Shown: positions 25,570-36,200 of the stretch, piece after piece
Numbering within the stretch: position 1 is the stretch's first letter
Layout of the letters: every line of letters begins with the position of its first letter
Assembly: GCA_964016885.1 (NCBI GenBank)
Contig: OZ024741.1
Span: 134,416,001 to 134,480,000, forward strand
Direction: 5' to 3'
Source: Eledone cirrhosa
Lineage: Eukaryota
DNA: 64,000 bases
Position numbers and translations under genes: made by a program
The notes under the pieces: model-generated
What the model was told of the DNA's origin: nothing
The model's input: the letters and a program-made list of their open reading frames with translations, nothing else
Database searches by the model: none

Positions 25570-27550
25570 GTCCATCTGACAGCTCTTCCATGCCTGTAGG
25601 GTTTAACTTAAATTAGAAGTGCCCCCTGGTAGCACTGCCAAGTGAGGGATTTCTGGAAGTTATCCATAGTCCCGAGCTCAAAAGTCCTCCAGAATAGACT
25701 GGCCAGTTCAATTTTGTTGATAACCAGAGCCTCTCCAAGAGCGTCATTGCAGTTGCCCACCACTAATCCTCTATAGAACACAAGAGTGGAATTTCCACTG
25801 ACCGCATTGCCTGCCTGGTGGAGGGCAGTGAACACCTGGCAATATTCCAGATGCCAGGTGCCCACAGCAACCACACCTGTCCACCATTAAAAAATATCTA
25901 AAGATGCCGTAGCCTCAGCACATGTTTGACATCATCAGCCACAGCATGCCCAGCCGACTGCATAGAGTGTTGGCAGCATATGGACTGCCTCACCAATGGA
26001 ACTTGTCCCTTCCTCAAAAAGCGGAAGAGCAGACATTCCAATTTGGTGTGGTGTGAATGGGGGCAAGACACGGTGGTCAGTAGATGATGGACGCGATGTA
26101 CGCCTTTTCCACCTCCACCTGACCTCAAGGATAGCTTTCTCTCAGCCCATTTCTGCTTCTTTCCTTATCCCAGTTGAATGGCATGGATTTGCCTCTCCAG
26201 GTGCCGAGTTGCAAACCCACTGACTTTTCCAGGTTCAGTTTTGCTCCCATCAACCTTTTATATTCTTCTAAGAGGGTGCTGACCACCTCAATACTCTGCA
26301 ACAGCTCCAGCTTCCACAGTAAAGGCTTGAGAGTCAATTCATACAGAAGGGAAGAGAGAGGGTACCCTTCATGGGCTGATTGTGTGATCTGAAATGGTTC
26401 TGAAAGGTGACCATTTACTTTGACCACCGAGCAGATGCTGTTGTGCATTGTAGTGATCCAGCCTCTGAAGATGGGACTGAAGCCGGCTGCCTATCAAAAG
26501 TTTTCAATTGATCTAAATTGATCATAGCCCCATCAAAGCCAGGTTTACACCCTACTCTCTCTATGATGTATCGCATGAGGTGGAGGTTGTCATGATGGAC
26601 CTGGTTGGGATTGCACAAATTTGTGCCTTCCCTACAAAACCTTTGACGACAAGCGCCAACCTCTTCACTAACACCTTGGCCAACATCTTAAACTCTGTGT
26701 TTAACAGAGTTATGGGCCTGAAATTGTCTAAGGTATCCCTCTTGTTCTCGTCTTTCCTCATCAGTGTTACTACACCCCAGCTCACAGAACTGGGAATGCT
26801 CCCAGTTGCAGTAGACCACTTCAAGGATATCGAAGAATGAGTCTGACATTTCTGCTTAAAACTCATAGGGCAGACCATCCAAACTGGGTGATTTGCGCTT
26901 CGTGCAACTGACAAGGGCATGCTGAATCTCGGCTGATGTTATCAGCCTCTTGCAGCACCCAGCAAAGGTATTGGAGAGTTGTGGCAGGCTGTTGAGGTAG
27001 GAACTGGAGCCCACCACAGTCTCTGACCCAATGCCCTCTCCGAACAGTCAAGAAAAGTGCTGCGAAAGGCCACACACATCTGCCTGGATTCTTTTAACTA
27101 TTGTTTGTCTTAGTCCTTCAAAGACCAAATCATGGTTTTGTTACCATGCAATGCCTCTGCCTCACCAAATAGCTTTCATTCCCATGTTTCTTAGAGCATG
27201 CGCCCTAACTCTGACAATGCAACCTTTGTGTTTCACATTGAATAAATGATCTAATGCCATTCTCACAACTAGTACGTCAGTTGCAATGCCAGTTCTAATC
27301 GCCCCATTTAGTTTAGCTTCCAGCTCCCTCTCCTTTCTATTCTTTTTGAATGCTACTTCTTTACTAAAACCTATTGACACTTCTCGAATCTCTCTCTTGC
27401 TGTTGATGACTTCCCTTGTCAATTCACACTTAATGGTGACCTGGTCCCTGTAAGCTCTACTGCCAGGAATGACATGTTGAGTTTCCAGTAACCAGGTCTT
27501 AGCCTATGAGTTCTATCTAGGTTGCCCTTGCAGATCAACAATTTGTGATC
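25570..27550 (-). mobile_element. Tx1/L1-clade LINE RT fragments
   Basis: NFRPITLLNTEFKMLAKVL, LDQ.K.FD, GYPLS.LL, KLNLEKS; heavily frameshifted. Confidence 0.8.
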
Positions 27551-27564
27551 TGAATAATAATAAT

Positions 27565-27753
27565 AATTGTTTCTACTTTAGGCACAAGGCCAGCAAATAC
27601 CCAGTGCATTACTGGTACTTTATTTTATCGACCCCGTAAGGATGAAAGGCAAAGTTAACCTCGGTGGGATTTGAACTCAGACCGCAAAGAGACGTAACTA
27701 TGCTGGAAAGCATGGCGTCCGACTCTCTACCGATACTGCCAATCCACCGCCCT
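27565..27753 (-). mobile_element. Same SINE family
   Basis: Reverse complement match; flanked by tgaataataataataa on both sides. Confidence 0.85.
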
Positions 27754-29137
27754 GAATAATAATAATAATGTTTCAAATTTTAGATTTTCTACTTTGACCT
27801 GTCATACTCATAAATAGATGTATGTCCTAGATAGCAGCAATGTTGATTTCTTTATTGGCCACAGCAATAATGACAATGAAAACAACCAGCCACCATTGCA
27901 ACAACCACGAGGAGGAGGAAGAGAAGAAGATTTGGTGAAATAAAATAAAATCCTAGTATTTGGCTGGTAATTTATTTACTCCAGCTTGGAAAGATCAGTG
28001 GCAAAGTTGATCTCAGAAGATAAACCTAAATACTGATTTCTGATTCAAGCACAAGGCCAGCAAATTTCGAGGAAGTATATAGTTGATTAAAACAACCCTA
28101 GTATTAGAACACTGTGGACATAGGGCCCTCAGGCTATTTGTAGGGTCCCCATGACCATTTTTGTAGAAGCTCCTATAGCTACTTGTAGGACTCTAGGATT
28201 ATCTGTAAAGCACTCATGACATCATCATTTAACATCCGGCTTACCTTGTCCATGAAAGAACATTTTTCTATGTAGTTATGAGTTTCATGACATTGTGATG
28301 ACAATTAAATCAATAACAGGTTTTAGTGAAAAGCCTGAGAAAAAAGAAGAATCTTTAGAATAGTATCTACATCTGTTTAAACTACCACTAAGTGTGGCAT
28401 AGTGATTAGAGGATTGGATTCGCAATTGTAAGTTCGATTGCCAAACCGGGCGATATGTTATGTCCTTCAGCAAAACACTTTATTTCATGTTGCTCTTTCT
28501 GCCAGGAGTTGCACTGGTAGATATTATCAGCAATGGAAACATTGTTATCTTGGTCCGATTTGATGAGTTTCACCCTCACTCAGTAAGCGAATGAGGTCTG
28601 GGATCTTGTTGATCAACTTCATCATCATCATCATCATTTTACGTCCGCTTTTCCCTGCTATATATGTGTGATACGTATGAAGGATGCCAGCTGTATAAAA
28701 AGGTAAAAAGGTGCAGGGTAATCAAAGTTGATGAAAGCTATGAAGTATGAAGACTGGTGATGAGGTGATGAAAGATGACCTTGCACAATTAGAACCTCTC
28801 AAACACAACGACACAACTTCCCATGCAAATGGACTCAAACATATATCTAGTATGCACCTCTTGACCACTACACCCACTTCTGTCCACACCAGAAGTGTGT
28901 TGGTATTAACAAAAAACACCCAGCCCACACTGTAGTTGTGTAGGTGTCACAACAAAAGGCATCCAGCTCACATTGTAAATGTGGTTGGTGTTAGTAAGGG
29001 CATCCAGCCATAGAAACCTAGCCAGAAACAGTTCTGAATGAGCAAGACATTGTCACCTGACCTGATTTGCCTCTAATGGAACCCACCTAACCCATGCTAG
29101 CGTGGAAAATGGACATTAAACAATGATGATGATGATA

Positions 29138-29472
29138 TCATCATCATCATCCTTTTACGTCCACTTTTCCCTGCTTGTAAGGGTGGGACGGGAACTGATT
29201 CTGGCTTGATTTCTACAGCTGGATGCCCTTCCTAACACCAACCTTATTTACAGTGAGTGGTGGGTGCTTTTTTGCTGTGGCACCTCCACGACCACTTTGC
29301 AGTGGAATGATAGGGACCCCAGTCCCTATCATCTCATTTCTACAGCTGAGTAAACTGGAGCAATGCGAAATAAAGTGTCTTGCTCAAGGAAACAACACAT
29401 CACCCAGTAGAATTGAACTCACAACCATTCGATTGCAAGCCCAATGCTCTAACCACTAAACGATGTGCCTCC
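29138..29472 (-). mobile_element. Full-length copy of the same CORE-type SINE with RTE tail
   Basis: Reverse complement of the 6.9-7.2 kb SINE plus a tRNA-like head (tagtggttagagc A-box). Confidence 0.75.
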
Positions 29473-29842
29473 ATATAGATATATATATATATATATACAC
29501 AGGCCAAGCGGAGAAAACTGTGATGTCGTTAAGACAGGAATGCCGTTAACGGCATTCCTGTCTTAACGACATCACAGCTTTCTCCGCTTGGCCTGTTCCC
29601 CCCCTTTTGGAACTTTTCCCCCGTTGATGGGCGTGAGCCCGAAATATTGGGATTAAATCTCTACTACGGTAACCCTTCTACCTTTGTTTCGTTTTCATCT
29701 TTGTCTCTCAATTTTCACTTTCACCTGTTTTTCCTATCTATATTTCACTTCCTACCTCGAGATTTCCCTTTGCATTGTTGTGGCTTTCTTAAATACGTAT
29801 TTTTACACATTTCACAATGCTTCAAGCAAACTTTAACACCCT

Positions 29843-29885
<43 letters not shown>

Positions 29886-29952
29886 TATATTATATGTGTG
29901 TGTGTATATATATATATATATCTTTGTATGTGTGTGTGTGTATGTATGTGTG

Positions 29953-29989
<37 letters not shown>

Positions 29990-30112
29990 GAATATAGACA
30001 TAGAATATTCGAAAATATTCTGTATGTTTATAATAAACATTTTGAAGACCTAATCGCTATAGAATAGAATACGTCACGTATTACAATTAGATTCTCGATA
30101 AAAGCAAGGGAA

Positions 30113-30155
30113 GTAATCTACGCGTTTCATTCTTGTTAGAAATCTTCAGGACTAC
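30113..30155 (-). ncRNA. Hammerhead motif, copy 1 of the 310-bp tandem
   Basis: gtagtc CTGAAGA tttct aaca agaat GAAAC gc GTA gattac. Confidence 0.8.
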
Positions 30156-30422
30156 ATATCCAGTGCTTTCATCGAGAATGACACAGCTAGAGACTTATAG
30201 AATACTTAGCTGTGTACAGGAACTGGTTTGAAAGAGCGGTTGCCGGTCCGGCAGAAATTAGAAATTGGAATAAATGCTCTGAAATAGCGATATATATGTG
30301 AATATAGACATAGAATATTCGAAAATATTCTGTATGTTTATAATAAACATTTTGAAGACCTAATCGCTATAGAATAGAATACGTCACGTATTACAATTAG
30401 ATTCTCGATAAAAGCAAGGGAA

Positions 30423-30465
30423 GTAATCTACGCGTTTCATTCTTGTTAGAAATCTTCAGGACTAC
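30423..30465 (-). ncRNA. Hammerhead motif, copy 2 of the 310-bp tandem
   Basis: Identical to 30113-30155. Confidence 0.8.
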
Positions 30466-30767
30466 ATATCCAGTGCTTTCATCGAGAATGACACAGCTAG
30501 AGACTTATAGAATACTTAGCTGTGTACAGGAACTGGTTTGAAAGAGCGGTTGCCGGTCCGGCAGAAATTAGAAATTGGAATTTCTAACAAGAATGAAACG
30601 CGTAGATTACTTCCCTTGCTTTTATCGAGAATCTAATTGTAATACGTGACGTATTCTATTCTATAGCGATTAGGTCTTCAAAATGTTTATTATAAACATA
30701 CAGAATATTTTCGAATATTCTATGTCTATATTCACATATATATCGCTTTTTCAGAGCATTTATTCCA

Positions 30768-30782
30768 ATATATATATATATA

Positions 30783-30830
<48 letters not shown>

Positions 30831-30890
30831 GGTATGTATGTGTATGTGTGTATATACATGAGTGTGTTTATATATGTGTATAGATATATG

Positions 30891-30941
<51 letters not shown>

Positions 30942-31185
30942 TGTGAATGTATATATATATATGTATGTGTGTATATATATATATATATATATGTGTGTAT
31001 ATATGTATATGTCTATGTATTTATATGTGTATATGTATGTGTCTCTATATGTATGCGTGTGTGTATGTGTATATGTATTTATATGGTGTGTGTATGTATA
31101 TGTATGTATATATATATAAGTGTATGTGTATATGTATGTATATATGTATATGTATGTATATCGATGTATATTTTATATTTTACTT

Positions 31186-31252
<67 letters not shown>
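30768..31252. repeat. (TA)n/(TG)n compound microsatellite
   Basis: Direct inspection; other long (TA)n runs at 29845-29988, 31830-32078, 54544-54612 and 54821-54906. Confidence 0.95.
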
Positions 31253-31256
<4 letters not shown>

Positions 31257-31482
31257 CTTAATATTTTTCTTTTTTCTTTTTCTTTTTATTTCTAAATTTA
31301 TAGATACATTTATAAATAGGCAGTTTGCTGACACCAGTGAATACTGACCGCTTCCCCCCCCCCCCACCTACTTTCTGTATCTGGATCTAAATATGTGTGG
31401 CAGTGTTTATGTTCAATTTGAACTCTGTTCCCAAACAGACCTGTAATTTTGAATTGTTGTTATTATCAATAAATATATTTCA

Positions 31483-31628
31483 TTATTTCTGAAGACGGCA
31501 TATATATGTGTTGGTATGTATATTTAATTTTGATAGTTTGTATAATTTTGTATAATTTTGTACATAGATCTGTTGAATATGCATGCCAATTCTAACACAT
31601 ATATATCCTAGAAACGATCGTTAAATAA
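31483..31628 (+). ncRNA. Hammerhead motif with a long stem II
   Basis: ttattt CTGAAGA [about 115 nt; atatatatgtgttgg pairs with ctaacacatatatat] GAAAC gatc GTT aaataa. Confidence 0.65.
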
Positions 31629-31826
31629 TGAACTTTTTTTGTTTAATATAAGGAACTGTTTCATTGTTTTATTCATTATTTTTTTAATATTTTATCTTGA
31701 CTCTGTATTCCGTTTATCTTTCACCGAAAGTGATTTTTCATTGCATCTCTTCTTTCCATGATATCCGGATTACATTGAGTTCTTCATACGGATTGGATAC
31801 TACCGTAAACTCTTGGTAGATTTATC

Positions 31827-31867
<41 letters not shown>

Positions 31868-31873
31868 GTGCCT

Positions 31874-31913
<40 letters not shown>

Positions 31914-31919
31914 GTGCCT

Positions 31920-32078
<159 letters not shown>

Positions 32079-32226
32079 GATTTTGAGTTTATGTTGGTTG
32101 TATACCAACACCTCAGTATGCAGGCTGGAGCACTCGACGAAGTGCGCAGGTTGGTTTGGTTACTCCGGAGTAGTGTAAAATAAAGTTAAATAAAAGTCAA
32201 ATGATTAAAATTTAGCTTCGTTTATT

Positions 32227-32281
32227 ACTGCTATATATATTTCAGTGACAGCCATCTTTGGCTGTGACCTCTTCAGGCAGT
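32227..32281 (-). ncRNA. Hammerhead motif, left arm of a palindrome
   Basis: Reverse complement of 32327-32381. Confidence 0.75.
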
Positions 32282-32326
32282 TTGAATTAGTCAACATATG
32301 TACTTGTCTATACCATACTAATTCAA

Positions 32327-32381
32327 ACTGCCTGAAGAGGTCACAGCCAAAGATGGCTGTCACTGAAATATATATAGCAGT
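32327..32381 (+). ncRNA. Hammerhead motif, right arm of a palindrome
   Basis: actgc CTGAAGA ggt.acagcca aaga tggctgt.act GAAAT atat ATA gcagt; a related copy lacking stem III lies at about 15943-15991. Confidence 0.75.
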
Positions 32382-32745
32382 AATAAACAAAGCTAAATTT
32401 TAATCATTTGACTTTTATTTAACTTTATTTTATATATATATAATGTAGGAGGTGAGTTTTATGTAGTACAATAAAGCAATGCAGATATCGGATAAGAAGC
32501 ACTCTACAGTTTGTAGGACTGGAGTATAAATAATATATAAGATCAAAAGATGGTTAAAAGAGTTCCATGTATTTTATTATGCGCATTTTCCTAATTCTAG
32601 CGTATTTTCAAAACAAAAAACAAAATCCTTTCCTTCTTCCTTCTTCCTTCTTTCGAAACTCGAAAATCCCGCTTCCTCGCCTCGACCCCCACCCGCTCTA
32701 CTCCGAGGGCACGGCGGTCAGTCATCATGCAGCCACATCCCCCCC

Positions 32746-32784
<39 letters not shown>

Positions 32785-33291
32785 ATTCACTTCGCCAAAT
32801 TCCATTGCTTTGCTGTCTACCCCACGATATTATCATGTAACGTAATGTACATATTTTTCTCTTCATCTCTGCCTCCACAAACCATATTCGTATCAAGTCC
32901 AAATAACCAACCAATCTATCGCTAAAACAATCTACATTTTTTGTATCCATTAATTGTTAGATACGAAAGTTTTTGGTCGTATTGAACAAAACAAATTTTG
33001 TATTTTTGTTAATCGCTTGTTAAATGCAAGGACCCCATTCAATCATTACCTTCTATCTAGCTACCCAACACCCCTCTCTCCCGCCCCCATGCACCACCAT
33101 TGCTATTACGTGGACCAATCATAAGCCAGAGCCCCCACGCATCACCAGTATTATTATTACGCGGACCAATCAGAAGCCAGAGGCCTATACTATCGCTTGC
33201 CTTTCGATATATGATGGATGGATGGATGGATGGACTGCGGAATCCTGAAAAGTGGAGGAGAGAGAGAGAAAAATCTGGACGCTCAGCGGCA

Positions 33292-36200
33292 ATGCCAAAG
33301 ATAAAGACAAGTTCACCTCTTGGACGAGAATGCGAGCACTCCTCATTGTTTCGACCGCGGACGGCTAACATAACCCCATCGCCCCCCGCCCCCCGCCCCC
33401 AAACGCAATCCAAAACTTCAGAGTTGGTACCATAAATGTAGGCACCCTAAAGGGTCGCGCTAACGAGGTTGTAGAAATGCTTGAACGTAAGGAGGTCGAT
33501 GTTTGTTGTATTCAAGAGACCAGGTGGAGGGGTGGGTCTGCTAGATTCATTGAGGGTAAAAAACGATGTTATAAGCTTTTCTGGGTGGGAAACGACGATG
33601 GGCTGGGTGGAGTAGGAATCATGGTAGCGGAAAAGTGGGCAGATAAGATAATAGACGTAAATAGAGTGAACGACAGAATAATTAAAATACGACTTGTCCT
33701 CAATAGAACTACGGTGACAGTAATATCTGCGTACGCACCCCAATCCAGACTGCCCGGCACTATAAAAGACAGATTCTATGAGACACTGATGCTAACTACC
33801 TCCCAAATATCTGACAGTGACTATATAATTATTGCAGGCGACCTAAATGGTCACGTTGGACAACATTGTGACGGCTACGACGAAATCCATGGAGGCTATG
33901 GGTTTGGTACTAGAAATGAGGAAGGCTCCAGAATCCTGGAATTCTGTGATGCAAATAACCTAACTATCTGTAACACTAACTTCAAAAAACGTGACAATCA
34001 CCTGCTCACCTATAGATCCGGGGAACACACAAGCCAGGTAGATTATATCCTTACCAGAAGACGTGACAGAGTGTCTGTTGTAAACACCAAATCCCTCCCC
34101 CATGAAGAATGCACCTCCCAACATAGACTGATAATTAGCGACCTCATAGTCAGGACGAGACGTACTCGACAGCAGAAGAGGACTATCCTCAGGAGAAAAA
34201 TATGGAAGCTAAAGGACCCCACAGCCAGGAATAAATTTCAAAGCATATTACTTGATGCTTTCGACAGTAAGGAAGAACATTTACAGTCGGACAATATAGA
34301 GGGACAGTGGGAATTTCTGAAAGCAAACCTGCTGTTGGCGACAGACGAAGTCTGTGGCTGGAGCAGGCCTGTAGGCAGGAGGAGAGTAACATGGTGGTGG
34401 AACAGTAAGGTGGAGGGGTCAATTAAGGCCAAAAAGCAGGCTTGGAAAGTATGGCGGGATGGGGGAAGTAGAGAAGACTATCAAGTGGCCAGGAGGGAAG
34501 CTAGGAGACAAGTGTACTTAGCAAGAAAGGAAGCTGAGGAAAGAAAGTTCAAGCATGTTCTACAACGCGATGACCAAAAACGTGAGGTGTTCAGGATTGC
34601 TAGGCAATGCGTCAAGGAAAACCGTGATATTGTCGGGGAGAAGTGTGTACTAAACGACGATGGCACACTTGCCATCACCGACGCTGATAAGAAGGTAGCT
34701 TGGAAGTGTCACTATGAAAGGCTACTAAATGAGGAGAATAAATGGGAGAAAGACAGTCTCCCCCATATCGACCCAATAGAGGGACCAGCAGTGTTAGTCG
34801 AGGGGAGTATAATAAGTAAGGCAATCAAGGATATGAAGACGGGTAAGGTGGCTGGGCCTTCGGAAATAGTTGCTGAGATGCTGAAGGCATCTGGCACGGT
34901 GGGACACACCATGGTCACCCGCATAGTTAACCAAGTCGTACAGAATGGGGTTGTTCCGAAGGACTGGCATAGCAGCATCATCATTAACTGTTATAAGGGT
35001 AAAGGAGACGCCCTAGATAGGAGTAACTATAGAGGCATTAAATTAATCGACCAGGTCATGAAGGTCACGGAAAAAGTAATAGCGCAACTAATCAGAGAGA
35101 GAATTGACCTAGATGAAATGCAGTTCGGGTTTGTGTCAGGCAAAAGTACCACAGACGCTCTTTTCATAGTACGACAACTACAGGAGAAGTACCTAGCTAA
35201 AGGTAAACCCCTCTACTTAGCTTTTGTCGACTTGGAGAAAGCCTTCGACAGAGTCCCCCGTTCCATTATCTGGTGGGCTCTTAGAAAACTAGGCGTTGAC
35301 GAATGGCTTGTGAGGGCTATACAAGCCATGTATAAAGAAACAGTCAGCAAGGTTAGAATTAACAACGAATATAGTGAAGAGTTTAGCGTAAAAGTTGGCG
35401 TCCATCAGGGCTCTGTTCTCAGCCCCGTACTATTTATTATTGCCCTTCAGGCTATAACAGAGGAGTTCAAGATAGGCTGCCCATGGGAACTCCTATACGC
35501 AGACGACCTGACACTCATAGCGGAATCAATGGCCGAGCTAGAGAAGAAATTCCAAACATGGAAGCACAGCCTAGAGTCAAAAGGACTTAAAATTAACCTG
35601 GCTAAGACCAAAGTTCTAGTTTGTAGGAAAGAAAACAAGGCGGCGGTCCCTTCTGGGAAATGGTCGTGCTCGGTGTGTAGGAAAGGCGTAGGTAGAAACT
35701 CCATTTTATGTCCTAAATGCAAAGTATGGGTGCATAAAAGATGTAGTGGGATCACAGGTAAGCTAACTAAGAACATAGATTTTACATGTGGCCGGTGTTC
35801 TGGTGCAATAAGTAGCAGCAAGTGCCCACAAAATACTAGCTCTTTCAATTGCGCAGAGGGTTCTATAGAAATAGTGGACAGCTTCCGTTACCTGGGCGAT
35901 AAAATCAGCAGTGGGGGAGGGTGCTCTGAAAGTACTGTAGCTAGAGTCAGAACTGGTTGGAAAAAGTTCAGAGAGCTTATACCACTATTAGCTGCTAAAG
36001 GGTTCTCCCTAAAAATGAAAGGCAGGTTGTACGATGCCAGCATACGAACAGCAATGCTGCATGGCAGTGAGACCTGGGCATTGTGTGCAGAGGATATACG
36101 CAGACTAGAGAGGAACGAAGCTTGCATGCTCCGCTGGATGTGTAACAGTAATATACGTGAACGGCAAAGCATAAACGAACTAAGGAAAAAATTAGAGATA

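Larger units (their letters stand above)
29989..30768. repeat. 310-bp tandem duplication followed by an inverted partial copy, between (TA)n runs
   Basis: 29989-30298 repeats at 30299-30580; 30581-30768 is the reverse complement of about 30265-30452. Confidence 0.93.
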
